A DNA stretch of 64,000 nt, from positions 61,630,001 through 61,694,000 of the forward strand of contig NC_045707.1 of the NCBI RefSeq assembly GCF_009834535.1, written 5' to 3'. Positions 13,020 to 25,491 of the stretch are shown one piece after another. Position numbers and translations under genes: made by a program. The notes under the pieces were generated by a model, which did not search any database, was not told the DNA's origin, and saw nothing but the letters and a program-made list of their open reading frames with translations. The stretch's first letter is position 1. Each line of letters starts with the position of its first letter. The stretch comes from Camelus ferus. Lineage: Eukaryota.

Positions 13020-13463
13020 ACTTCATTGCTTTGACACTCCTCCCTCGAGAGGTGGCTGGCTGTGTTCCCTTCCTTTGAGCATGGACAGGCCAACTCGTGA
13101 CTACATCAGATTGTCACCATGTGACTTCCCAGGCCACATCATAAAAGATCCTACTGTTTCTGTGTAGTTCCTTGGGGACTTTTCAGCTTTTGCATTCCAG
13201 CTACCATGCCATGAGAAAGCACAGGCCGTCCATGAAGGCGCTCAGCACCCCCGCCTGAGGTCCCGCTGAGAGTCTGCACCCATCTTCAATCTATAGAGCC
13301 ATCTTGAAAATAGACTGTCTGGTTCCCATTCAGATTTCCAACAGCTAATGCCACGTGGAGCAGAAGTGGCCTGTTCATCTCAAAACTGAAGATCCATGAG
13401 CAAAATAAATGACGTGTTTTAAGCCACTAAGTTTTGGGGGCGATTTGTCATGTGGGATGCAAT
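13020..13463 (+). mobile_element. MaLR LTR (MLT1-type)
   Basis: 'ccagctaccatgccatgagaaagc', 'gccacgtggagcaga' and 'atgagcaaaataaatgacgtgttttaagccactaagttttggggg..atttgtca'. Confidence 0.85.
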
Positions 13464-13699
13464 GTGTTTGCTTACTTGAGTGATAGTTGTCAGTGACACC
13501 ATATATTCAAGAGAACTTTAAAAACTCTTCAGCATACAGGTTTCCTTGTTTCCGTTATTTTCTTTTCAGAACTTAGGTTTGGACCTGTGAATGACAAGTC
13601 TGTCTAGGTAGCTTAACAAGAAATTTCCTTTTGCAGATTTGTGCTCTCTGGGGCCAGAGTCGTTTTACTCTTTTTGTTGGGGTTGTTGCTTTATCCTGA

Positions 13700-13830
13700 A
13701 GCCAGAATGTCCTGGGATCAGATCTTTGATCTGCTATTGACGATACAATCTTGGATAAGTTATTTAACTTTTCCCTGCCTCAGTTTATTCACCTGTGAAA
13801 TAGAGCCCACGGATCTCTTACAAGATTTCT
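13700..13830 (+). mobile_element. MIR SINE
   Basis: 'cttggataagttatttaacttttccctgcctcagtttattcacctgtgaaatag'. Confidence 0.8.
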
Positions 13831-14129
13831 TTTTGTGGTAGTTGTACAGGAAGTTTTAAGGATTAGGCACTCAGCTTCTTCTGGAGTCTGACCTGGATTT
13901 AACTGACATTGACACTTCAAAGGTGTGCAGCATTAAGCCTGTCACTCAATCTCTCTCTACTTGCTAGCCATATTTTATACTAGTTACTTTTAAGTTCATT
14001 CTAAGAAAAATTGTCAATTTATTTAATCCCCAAGACAATCTAATGTTGGAGACGTTAACTGCATTGTAATTGTCTTTGGTTAATCACAACCTAAGTTGAA
14101 GGAGTCTCCTTTGAGATGAGCGTTTAACT

Positions 14130-14530
14130 TTTTGAGAGGATTTGGAAGAGTGCAGTGAAAGTAACTTAAGGGTTTGAAAATAAAACATTTTGAGGAACAG
14201 TTTGGACAACTGAAAGTTAGTCTACAGAAGAGACAAAAAAAGATATCATAAGAACAGTCCGCGGGTGTATGGAGGGTTATGTGGTTGTGTGAAGGAGGTA
14301 ACCGGTTTTCATGCAGGTTGCCAAGGACAGGGCTAAGTTAATAAGTGCAAGAAATGTCTTTCCCTCACTGAGAGAATTCTGAGTGGAGCTAATGGAGGAG
14401 ATGGATGCATTTTTTTCCCTTCACTTTTTTAAAGCACAGGTTTCTTTTATTTTTGGAATGGCATTAAATCGTGTCCTGGGGGAGATAGACAATCTCTTAA
14501 TTTTTTCCCCATCTTTCTGGGTCTATGACA
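14130..14530 (+). mobile_element. L3/CR1 LINE 3' fragment
   Basis: 'aagggtttgaaaataaaacattttgaggaacagtttggacaactg...ttagtctacagaagaga' resembles the end of CR1 ORF2; ends in 'tctatga'. Confidence 0.6.
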
Positions 14531-14995
14531 TTAATCATTCCATTTTTTTAACAATGATAAATTATATATCTCTACTTTTAACCTTTATTTCACTGAGTGT
14601 GTGACTATCCTTTGTCTAAGGTTTTTATTTTTCTTTTTTGCCTCTGAAATATCAGATATCTTTTTTTGTCTGCCTGCCTTTTGGTCCTTCCATTTCTTCT
14701 TGAGCAGATATGTATCCCCAGTGTGTCTCCACTGACATGTACTTCAAGGGGTGTTTTTAAAAAGTGGTGAAATATAAATTAATCAAGTTCACTACATTGT
14801 AGGAGATAAGGTCAATGGTCAAGGAGGGAAGGTATTGATAGACTTTAGGCCAAATTTACGTTTATATATAATATATATATAGTTTTACTATTTTAATGAT
14901 TACTTTTATTATTTTACTACTTTTCAGATTGTATTTCTTATATTTGTATGACTCTTTACAGTTTACTAAATAATTGTAATACATTTTTATTAGAT

Positions 14996-15428
14996 TGTGG
15001 TAATAATGGTGCCTTAAGAATCACACCCACCCCTGGCATCTACATCTTTGTAGAGTCCTCTTCCACAGTGACTCTAGGTTTGCCATGTGACTTGCTTTAG
15101 CCAATTGGATATTTGTCAATGTGCTGCAAGCAGAAACTTGATAGATGCTTGCACATTGTGACTTGCTCTCTTAGAACATGCTAGAGACAGTTATGTGGAG
15201 AAGAATAGAAGTGACCAGAATAAAAGCCCCAGTGACCCACCAGACATGTGAGTGAGACCACTGTGGACTATTCAAACCCAATACATCCCTCTCATGAGTG
15301 ACCACAGGAGAGACAATTAGAAGACCCTCAGCTAAATCCACCTCAAAGCAGAATACTAAGTTAATAGATCGTTTTTGTTTAGGTACCATTCAGGGTGATT
15401 TGTTATTCAGCAATAGGTAACTGATACA
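14996..15428 (+). mobile_element. MaLR LTR (MLT1H/I-like), full length, nested in a minus-strand MIR
   Basis: Termini tgtgg... and '...tttgttattcagcaataggtaactgataca'; internal 'gccatgtgacttgctttagccaat'. Confidence 0.85.
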
Positions 15429-16472
15429 CACATTGCTATTTGAAACATATGAGGATAGTAACCCTGTGAAGCAGTCAGGGAAGATACTGCTGTCTCAGTT
15501 TTACACATGAGAAATCTATGGCTCAAATATGGGGTTGATGTTTGTTTCTCCTCTACTGTGATATTAATTCCTTTAGCAGGTTTAGGAGAAAAAAGAAGTC
15601 TACTAATCAGGTTGTCATAAGTTTCTTTAGACACTTAAAAAATTCTAAGGCAAAATATGAATCATATTTTCAAAGTCAAAATTATTTTATTTTATATGTG
15701 AAAAGATAGCTTTAATATATTTCTGCTAAGACATCTCCTCCTCAGTGCTGGAGGAGGGTTATATTAGTCACCACCAGAACATACACTTTGAGAAAAAGAG
15801 AGGAAGCCTAGGTGAGGGTAGTATTTACCGATGTTGAGTAGCAGTTAGAATTGAACTGAATTCACACACAAAAATTCTTGCTCACGTAAGAAAATTTCAC
15901 CCTTGATCGTGATCTCTTTTTAAGAGACTTTTGTGTTCTTCCTGGTTGCCAAATTGTATTTCACTTGCTGCTGTTTTTAAAGCAGAGCATTGCTTACAAT
16001 TTTAAGAGCTTATTTCTAACCATAATTCACAGCTTCCTTTGAGGAAGAGGTAAAATTTTGGTTCATGTTTTATTCTTTTTCATTTCCTTTTCAAGGCATG
16101 GCCTTATTATTTATATCTGGGCCAACTTGGATGCCTGAAGTGACTGATTTTTGTGCAGCAGAAAGAAATGAATTGGTTATTTTAACTTTAAAGAGAGCAA
16201 AGGCAGTCAAGCTGATCTTAAAGATGTAGATGGTAAATAATGTGATTTATTAGGTCCCCTAGGTCTCTAGGATGTCATGCTAGAATGCCTTCATTGCTTT
16301 GGCTTTTTCTCAGGTGAGGAGCACTCACAGGAATCTCCGTGAACCTTCTCTAAATGGATCCCCCCCCCTTTTTTTTTTCTTAAGTAAAACATTTTTGACA
16401 ACCTCTTCTGCTTTTAATCCCCCTTTCTGATGTCTTGTTCAAAGTCAACTTGGTAACAGCAATGAAAATGTA

Positions 16473-16672
16473 CCTTGTTCTCCAATTTAGTGTGCATAAA
16501 GATCATCTAGGAAGTCAATTAAAACATAGACTCTTGCTTCACTGAAAATATTCTGACTCAGTGGATTTTCTGGGGATCCAGGAATCTGGTTTTGTTTGTT
16601 TGTTTGTTTTGTTTTTAAAAAGCGTCCAAGTGATTCTGAAATGGTTGGCCAAAGCATAGTTTCATAAACTCA
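16473..16672. mobile_element. MER5A-like hAT-Charlie MITE
   Basis: 'tgcataaagatcatctaggaag..taaaacatagactc...ttctgactcagtgg...ccaggaatctg...ccaagtgattctga'. Confidence 0.75.
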
Positions 16673-17639
16673 GATATAGTTATATTGTAATTAATCTTCT
16701 TCCAATTGATATTGGTAAGTTCATCTGTATAAAAATATTTTAAGACTTGTGATAAAGAGAGTGAGACCATTAAGTAGTAGAGTTTTTGTAGTGGATACAG
16801 ACGAGCAAATGGCTAAACAGTGGATTTCCTGTTCCCTTGGGAAAGACAAAGTGCATCTACAAAAAATTCGGGTGGTTGCTGTGCTTTCCTGTCAAGAAAT
16901 AATCCAGATAGTCAATCCTCTTAAAATAAGCATTGCTTTTTAAAATGGAATTAGCAGGATTCTGCTTATGGCCATATCAGTGAGTCCGTCCACTTGAGGA
17001 CCCAGTATGGGTGACTGCTGATTAATGACCACCCATTCTAAGCAGCCACTACATTCCCAGAGTGAGCTTTCAGTAATGCTCATAATCTTGATGAATTAAA
17101 TTTTCCTGTTTAGTAAATGAATTCAACGCTGTATTTTCATTTTGGTAGCTATTAAAATAAATGTGAGCTGTTAACAGGCACGTTTTTGTGTATCAAGGTT
17201 AAATCAATGGTGTTAGTACTCTGTTCCTTCCCCGGCTGAAGACATGAGAATGTTTGATGGTGATGAATATTTGCTAATGGAAATGTGAACCGAGGAAGGG
17301 AATTTAAGCTGACTTTATGTCTTATTTATGTCCTTTTTTTAAAAGGTCATATTGACTGCAAAGCTTTCTTCATTCAGAAATAAGAGTGGTCTGTGCAGAA
17401 AGGTTTCAGCATGAAGATACATGTAAAAACAGTGCATTGGGATAAAATGTTAATGATGATCCTGCTATTGCTAGTGTATATGATCATGTCATCATTCCTT
17501 TTATCCATCCTGGTTTTTTTTTTTTTTTCCAGAAATATGGTGAGTCAAATTTTTTTTCCCTTGGTCTAGTGAAGAATTTAGTTATGACAGATAACCTCTC
17601 TCTCTCTCTCTCTCTGTGTATATAATATATATATTATTG

Positions 17640-18350
17640 AAGCTATACATAGGATCCTGAATCACGGGGAGAAGTCAGAAACACAAATTCAGCTGTAAAA
17701 AGTCTTTATTGTAGAGATGGTAGATAAAATCAGTAGGTTACACGGTTTTTCAGGAGATGCATGCAGAGTGTAAAAAGAGTTGAGAAAAGGATCCTTGAGG
17801 AATTAGTATTCATAAAACAAAAAGGGGGGAAAACCCTACTGGTGGAGACTTAAAAAGAATAATCAATCAGAAAGAAGAGATCTAGGTGAGACAATATCCT
17901 GAAAGCCAAAGAGAGAAAAAAAAAACCCTAAAAGTATCTGTTAGATTTAGAATTAGGTGATCGCTGGTGACCTTGGCAAAGGCATTTTTGGAAGAAACTG
18001 ATTGTAATGAATTGAAAGAAAAAAAAAAGAAAAAGGAAGACAGCTAGAGTGGGCCATGATTACAAGTTTGATTGAGGAGGGAAGAGAGAAAGTTGTAGTG
18101 CGTTGTGGTGGGATCATCCAGAGGAAAGCAAAGGTGGTTTTGTTTTAGAAAATGGCAGGGACTTTGGTGTCATTGCAGGCTGAATAGGAGATGACAGCGA
18201 AGAGAATGGTTAGACATTCAAAACAGAGAAAGGATAATAGATGGAACTGAGTCTTAGATGATTTGGGGAGATCTTAGCACTTAAATGGACAGATTAGTCT
18301 TAACTGGAGGGGCACCTTTCCTCTGAGATTAGAGAAAAGGAGGTGAAGGT
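17640..18350 (-). mobile_element. L2 internal fragment
   Basis: Purine-rich antisense L2 text: 'ttagatttagaattaggtgatcgctggtgaccttggcaaaggcattt'. Confidence 0.6.
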
Positions 18351-20379
18351 AAGTTTAAGGTATATTTAATGTATATAATGAAAAATATTTAGTTATTTCT
18401 CAATAGGTTACACACTTATCAAAGGAAGAAACTATGTTAAATTAGAATATGAATGTGCTCAGGGTTTATGTAGGGTGCAGTTATCCATTGCATGTAATTA
18501 ATGATCGAAAATGTGGAATTACAATGAACTGATTATTTAAGGGAGTTGAGATAGGTCGTTGGTATGAGGAAATGAGTGGGCAGAGATCATGTCCATTGTG
18601 ATAGCCGCAATTCTGTGATGTGTGGAGAGGCAACGCCGTTTGTCACACAACACATGTAGAATGTCCTTGCTTTTTCTCCCTTTGATTTTCATTAGTAAGC
18701 TCTCACCAAAAGCTCTGCAATCATAAAACTACTGCTGTAACATCAGTAGTATATCCTAGTTTATACATTCTCTCTTGAACTATAGATATTTATTTTCAGA
18801 ATGATGTCTAAAGTTTGGATATAAGCATGCATTTGTTTGTTTAGCTAGCTATTCATTTATCTCTCTTTTTTCTCTAGAGAGGATTTTAGGACATTACTGT
18901 TAGGAAAGTTGGACAGTGGATCTGAATGCACTAAATGTTTGAATGCAGGATTGAAATAATACAGACCTGCCCTATAGCAAAGAAGGGATACATTAATTTA
19001 ACTACAGTCATTACCACATTCCCCCAGAGCTGTGAGTTCATAGTGGTCAGGGATTCAGTGGTACTTTTTCCTTATGTTTTTGCTGGAAACAAACACCTGG
19101 AATGTTGCCTAATGAACCCAGCTATTCTCCATTTGTTTTGTCCTGGACTTATTCCCATTTGCTATGTAACTGTGCATAGGGATTCTACGGAGAACACGCA
19201 TTTGTGACCTTAGGTCATAAGAATCAGTACAGTCTAGACTTAGTGACTTGGGCTCTGTAACATTTGAGAGGACAAATGGGAAAATAGTTTGTATTTATTT
19301 AGAAAAAAAAGGGTGTGGTATTGACTATGAATAAGTTTACTAGAAGCCGTTCTTTTTTGTGGGTGTAATTAAATTGATCTGAAACCTGGTTAATCAGACT
19401 AACTTGGAAGAACTCTAGTTTGAATCTGAATTTTAGAACAGTGCAAATGCACATTGCGTTTAATATTTGACTGAAAGTGTTTTCTAAGAGTAGGCTTTAA
19501 GAAACTTCCTCTATTACAAGATGCTTATAATTATATCAATTAATAATAGTTCAATAGTGAACAGTTGTTTCTAGAAAGACTGCCACTGCTTTAAAGGAGT
19601 TTAAAATTTTAGCACCTTGCAGAATCCATTGTAGGTCTAACCCAAAACATTTGATTAGTCTATGAAAGGAGAATAATAATGTCCTCTGTGGTCTGTGGAT
19701 AGGCTGGGACCAGCAACGTTCTCATATACACGTGCTGTACATCTTTGTGTACATCACAGCAGCTTCAAACACTGAACTTAGACATTTAATCATTTCTAAG
19801 TCATCACTAGGTTATCCATGCCTATTTTTCTGCAATGCTAGCATCAAATTTACAAAATAACAATTTGTGCTCAATAGAACTGCATTATTCTTGTTTCAGA
19901 GAACACAGATATCACACCTTCTGTATTATAAAGGAACATGTGTGTCTGTATTAATCATATGCTTTCATAGTATGAGTAGAAATATAATATAATTATATAT
20001 TTGGAGTATCACAATACTTTATTTAATGAGTATCACTTAATGTTAATTATAGGCAGTTCATTATGCTTTAATTTTAACTATACCACTTTAAGTAGATAAT
20101 GACTAACCTGCCAGTTGACTTTGACAGCTGCCCAGGCACATTTTCGTCACCACTGAAGATAACAATAGACTGCTTTTCACTTGTATGGTGTTTCATTTGT
20201 TTCAAGCTTTCATGCATATTGCATATCACAGTATACTTTTGAGGAAATTAAGATAAATATTAACCAACACCCTCTTTTGTATGCTCTTGTTATTACTTTT
20301 ATATACTTTCACCTCTGCCACCTTTTTTTCTTTTCTTTCTGGTTTTTGTTTATTATTATTTTTATTATTATTATTTATT

Positions 20380-20640
20380 TATTTTAGTTGTTTAGTTCTA
20401 TTCTGTTTAAGGCAAAGACTGTGTCTGCTTGGCTTATCACTCTATCAGTACTGTCTAGTCCAGTTTCTTGCACAGGGCACATATTCTATAACACTTGTTG
20501 GATGAATGAATTCCCATTTTATCAAAGAATGAATTACGGAGAAATCAAAATATTTGCTCAAATTTATAGAGACAGAACCAGAATCTATTTCTTTTATTTC
20601 TGGGTCTCCTCTCTCCCCTCAGCCATTGGACCATCTCCAT
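20380..20640. mobile_element. L2 3' end (+) followed by a MIR fragment (-)
   Basis: 'cttgcacagggcacatattctataacacttgttggatgaatgaa', then 'cccattttatcaaagaatgaattacggaga'. Confidence 0.6.
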
Positions 20641-21353
20641 ACTGGTTAGCCTTCTAGTGTAGTGCCCAAAATAGTAAGCAGTTCTCCATGTGGAGCTTAG
20701 TGACTGATCCTCAATTGTTGAAGAAGTCTCACAGGAAAAATGACATTACTAGTCATCTCAACGGAGAGAAAATTAAGGGAAATGATTCAATTCTAGCATT
20801 AGAAATATAGAAGGGGTCCATAAAGAAGATTTTACTTGGAAGTGTCTTAGGGTACACTTTACAATTGGTTTGAGGGGATTCTTGAAAAGTTTCCTTTTAT
20901 AGAAATCATTAATTGCAATGAATGCTCATCTATCCTAAGTGATGAGGAAGGAATGCCATTGAGCCTCTAGCTTAGTTACAGAGCCCCCTACATAAACCAT
21001 GCCCAATCAATACCAATGCTTGGTTTATAAATCATTCTGTAATACAAGTCTTAATGTGTATGATGCTGGTAGCCAGATCTCAAAGACTCTTTTAAATATG
21101 GAAGATAATTACTGGAAAAAAATCTCTTCCTCTGCTATAAACTTGTAGAGTCGTTTTAGTTGAAGTTATTGAGTCTGGCACATTCTTTAAACTTGAAAAT
21201 ATTAATTTAATACTTTTTATTATTAAAGGTAGATCCAAATAGATACTTCTTCAGTGATGGATGAAATCAGGAGGTCATTTATAACTTTTAACAAATTCTC
21301 ATATTTCTCCAGCTAGTAGTTCTAGGGAGAATAAAAGCCAGTTAAATAGAAAA

Positions 21354-21355
<2 letters not shown>

Positions 21356-21387
<32 letters not shown>
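21356..21387 (+). repeat. Poly(A) tract, 32 nt
   Basis: Uninterrupted A run read directly. Confidence 0.95.
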
Positions 21388-21390
<3 letters not shown>

Positions 21391-22279
21391 CTGTTGGATG
21401 TCTGTAATACAGTGTTGCTGAAATACTCATCATTGGTTTAAAAGATCTTGATCTGTAGGTATATGTCTCCCTGGCCCTTAGACATATTGAAAATCTCTAA
21501 AGGAGCTTTGCAAACAGAAATGAACTGTTGATTAATCACAAAAAGGTTTTGGCACTTTAGTCTAAATGTAAACTCATTTTCCTTTAATAAGGGACAAAAT
21601 TTTGAAATCAGGGTAATTTTGACAAATTACAGTCCTCACATGATACAGGAGCTAACTTGCAGTGCCTGTTGCATTTAGAAAACATTACAGTTCAGGGAAT
21701 TATCCGTCCCCTAGCACATATGCTTTCTTCCCTTATTTTGTTTTTGTCCAGAACATCTTTCAAAATTCTTTTCCTGTTGGCATTAGAGGAAAGAAGATTT
21801 TATTTTAAAATTCTGTCACAGCTTTGCTGTAAGTATCTGCTTAGATAAGAGTCTTTTAATTTAGTTTGTTCAAAGATTCCAACACTCTCTTTAGGTATCA
21901 TGACTCTTCTGCCAAAACCTCGCAAATAGACTCAAGGGAGATGAAAGAAGTTGATCCACACCAGTTTCAAGGCAGACTTTTGTTTCATCCAAAGTTGAAT
22001 TATGCTGCAATTAAAACAGGATGACTGGCAATTGGGCAGTTCTTATGACAAGGAAATTATTCGTGAAAGAGGATTTAGACAAAGTTTGTAAGGGATGAGA
22101 ATTCACTGGTTTACCAGATTCCAACTTTTTCCCGCTATATAAATGTAGGATAACCAAATAATATGATACCTACAGATGTCAGAGAGAAACACTTTTGGGT
22201 CTTAATACACTTAGCTTTATATTGCATAGAATGACTAATAGTGTATATTTTAATTTTAACTATTTAGCTTCCACTCCCA

Positions 22280-22700
22280 TAAAAAGTACTCCTCCTTCTT
22301 TTGCATTCTTTAAAGCTTTCTCTAGCGTCATTGTCACCAATTTTCTTAAGCTACAAAACCTAGCATCACCAGTGGACTCCTTCCTCTGTGTCCTTCCCCA
22401 GATTCAGTGGTATACTCATCAAATCAAAATTATTTCTAGAGTGGTTTTTAAATGCAATCCTTCACCATTTCAACGATTTTCATCCCATTTCGTGCCCTCA
22501 TCATAATTTTTATCCTGTAATCCATCTTTTACACTGTTACTCGGTGATTTTCTCATCACATAAATAACTGATTGTGTTCCTTTTCTGGGAAAAATACACA
22601 AAAGAATAAAAAAGTAAACATAAATTTCTTAGCATGAAATTTATGATTTCTGATGTTCTGAATTCATTTTCTAGAATTCGTGATTTTCTCCTGTTTAACT
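22280..22700 (+). mobile_element. L2 internal fragment
   Basis: 'aagctacaaaacctagcatcaccagtggactccttcctct' and 'aactgattgtgttcctttt'. Confidence 0.55.
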
Positions 22701-22704
22701 ATAT

Positions 22705-23270
22705 CTAGGCCACAGGGTAGTGATCCCTGAGAGAAGGGAAACAACTGAGGTGAGTTCTACCATTGCTCCAAATGACTCCCTGGAGATAGTTTTCAGGCCA
22801 CAGGGCAGGGAGAAAGAATTCAAAAAGAACCCAGTAGGGGATTTTTTTTCTTTTTCAGTAGAGGATGCAGAGTCTAGTGTGTGAGGAGATCAAGGCTACT
22901 GTAATTTGTGGAGCAAAATATGAAAGAGGATGGAACTGGACAGATTGTTTCCGATACATGCAAATGAGTTTCCTTCAAGTTTGGTTGAGTACTCGTTTGC
23001 ATATGCAGGAAAAGAACTACTGGAAAGTGCAGGTGGAGCAATCCCAGAGGTCACACAGGACTGCGCATAGCTCATGCTCCAACAAGGAGGAGTGGAAAGA
23101 CCTAATATAAAGGGAATTTAGTAAAATCATCAAAAATCACACAAAGAAGCAAGAAAATGCAACCCAGTAATCAGGAGAAAAATCAATGAAACATAAACAA
23201 AATAAATATAGTGGAAACTAAGTCATAACTCTAATAAGAAAATAAAAAGGACAACTCACATATTGAAATA
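22705..23270 (+). mobile_element. Old L1M 5' region
   Basis: 'gtgatccctgagagaagggaaacaactgaggtgagttctaccattgctcca' and 'cacacaaagaagcaagaaaatgcaacccagtaatcaggagaaaaatcaat'. Confidence 0.7.
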
Positions 23271-24209
23271 AAATGTTTGCAAATTGTATGTCTGATAAGG
23301 GACTGGTATTCACAATACATACAGAGCTCTTACAACTCAGTAGCAAAAAGGACAAATAACTCCATTTGCTTATGGGCAAAGGATCTGAATAGACATTTCT
23401 CCAGTGAAGATATAGGAATGGCCAATAAGCACATCAAAAGATGCTCAGTGTCATCAGCAATTAGGAAAATGCAAATCAAAATCACAATGAGATAGCCACT
23501 CTGCGCCTATTAGGATGGCTGCAATAAAAAGGTGGAAAATAACAAGTATTGATGAGGATGTTGGAGAAATTGGAACCCTTATACATTGTTGGTGAGCATA
23601 TAAAATGTAGCCATTTTGAAAAAGAGTTTGGTACTTCCTTACTGGTTAAACTACAGTTACCATGTAACCTAGCAGTTTCATGCCTAGCTAATATACCCAA
23701 GAGAATTGAAACCATTTGTCTACACAAAAAGATAGATATGAATGTTCATAGCAGCATTACTCATAATAAATAAAATGTGGAAACAACCCAAATGCCCATC
23801 CACTGGTTAATCGCTAAATAAAATGTGGTATATCCATGCAACAGTACATGATTTGGTCACAAAAACGAACGAAGTACTGATGCATGCTACAACATGAGTG
23901 AACTGTGAACACTATGCTAAGTGAATAAAGCTATAGACAAAAGAACATACATGTTTTCATTTATACAAAATGTCCAGAAAAGGTAAATTCATAAAAACAA
24001 AAATTAGATTAGCAGTTGTCATGGACTGAGGGGAGGAAGAATGGAAAGTGATTGCTAATGGGTATGGAATTGCCTTTGTAGAGTGATAAAAGTGTCCTAA
24101 AATTAGATAGTAGTTATGGTTGCACCCTCTGTAAATATACTAAATAGTATTGAATTAAATACTTTAAAATGGTGAATTGTATTAGATGTGAATAAAATTG
24201 TTATAAGAA
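23270..24209 (+). mobile_element. L1MB-type 3' end (ORF2 C-terminus and 3'UTR)
   Basis: Track ORF 23277-23495 '[40 protein letters not shown]' is the L1 ORF2 C-terminal motif. The 3'UTR ends with aataaa at about 24191. Confidence 0.92.
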
Positions 24210-24825
24210 TAAGTTGATACTATGAATAGCCTAAAATTTATTTTAAAAAATGAAATTTATTCCTTAAAAAAAATCTTTCTGTAAAGAAAAATTTGGACCC
24301 AGATTCCACCTTCACTTGTAAAGTCTATAAAACATTTTAGGAGGAAACAATATCAATTCTACAAAAACTCTTTAGGAAAATAGAAGAGGAGGAAATGTTT
24401 CCACCTCATTTCATGAGGCCAGTTTTATCCATATTCAAAACAAAAGACCTTACAAGATAAGAAAACTGCAGATCAATACCTCTGGTGAACATAGACTCAA
24501 ATATTCAAATATTGGAAAACTGAACCTAACCATATATAAAAATGGTAATATATCCTGACCAATTGTGATTTATCCCAGGAATGCAAGGTATTTTTATCAT
24601 TTGAAAACAAAACAATGCAAAAACTGACAATGGAAGATGATATAAATTTCTCAGTAGATGCAAAAAAAAAAAGAGAGAGAGAGAGAGAGAGCAATGACTA
24701 TATGATAAAAATTTTCCACAAGTTAGCAATAAAAGAAAATATCCTCAGTTAACTGAAGCACATCTAAGAAAATTCTATGGCTAATAACTTCACACTCAAT
24801 AGTAAAAACCCGAATGCTTTCCAGT
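24210..24825 (+). mobile_element. Decayed L1 ORF2 reverse-transcriptase region
   Basis: Frameshifted remnants of the consensus 'PILHKLFQKIEEEG..PNSFYEASI..KENYRPISLMNIDAK' and 'FIPGMQG'. Confidence 0.85.
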
Positions 24826-25119
24826 CAGATGGGGAACCCTTCTCTCTACCACTTCAGCTCAGTATTGGACCACTTTTACCACTGTGGGAGAGGGCTGACT
24901 TGGCTCAGTTCACCTCAGTGGATTTATTGAGCTACTGGCCTCAGCCTGTGGGGGAGAGCAGCGGAGTTCTACTGCCCCGTTTTGCTTCCTTCTCAATGTT
25001 TTTACTGCTCCTTCTCTTTTTTACTGTTGTGTTGAGCGATGGGAAACATGTAGGATATTTTTGCTCGCCTCTCCAAATCCTCTCCCCACCTTCCCCTTCT
25101 AGAGATGTCTTCATCTTCA

Positions 25120-25491
25120 GTGCGCTCATTCCTTGCACTCTGTATCCCAGTAGGGTTCAGCCATTTGGAAGAAAAGGCTGAGACCAGAAGAAGGCCAGAA
25201 GTCTCTGTGTTTATTCCTCCCCATCCCTCCTCACTGGACCTTAAATTGGCAATAGCTGCACGCCTTGACCAAAGGTTTCTCCTGTGTAGCTCAGGTCTCC
25301 CTGACACCGTCCCTTCATTTGCTCTTCAGGGCTATGGATGGCAACCGCTTTCTGCTCTTGCCAACCCCAAGGTGATTCACCATCCCTCGTGGATTTCCTG
25401 AACCTCTCCCACACCTGTATATATAGCCCCTCGTTCCTTCATTAAATGATCCTCAAGTATCCGATTTTGAATGGGTCATCTAACTGATCCA
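25120..25491 (+). mobile_element. ERVL LTR33-like 3' portion
   Basis: 'cccacacctgtatatatagcccc...ttcattaaatgatcctcaagtatccgattttgaatgggtcatctaactgatcca'. Confidence 0.7.

Noticed and set aside
23277..23773. ORFs with real protein similarity
   Set aside because: They are frameshifted L1 ORF2 C-terminal remnants, not a host gene.
24777..25401. Cluster of overlapping 65-134 aa ORFs
   Set aside because: They span the L1/LTR33 junction, where higher GC lengthens chance ORFs, and they show no recognisable protein.
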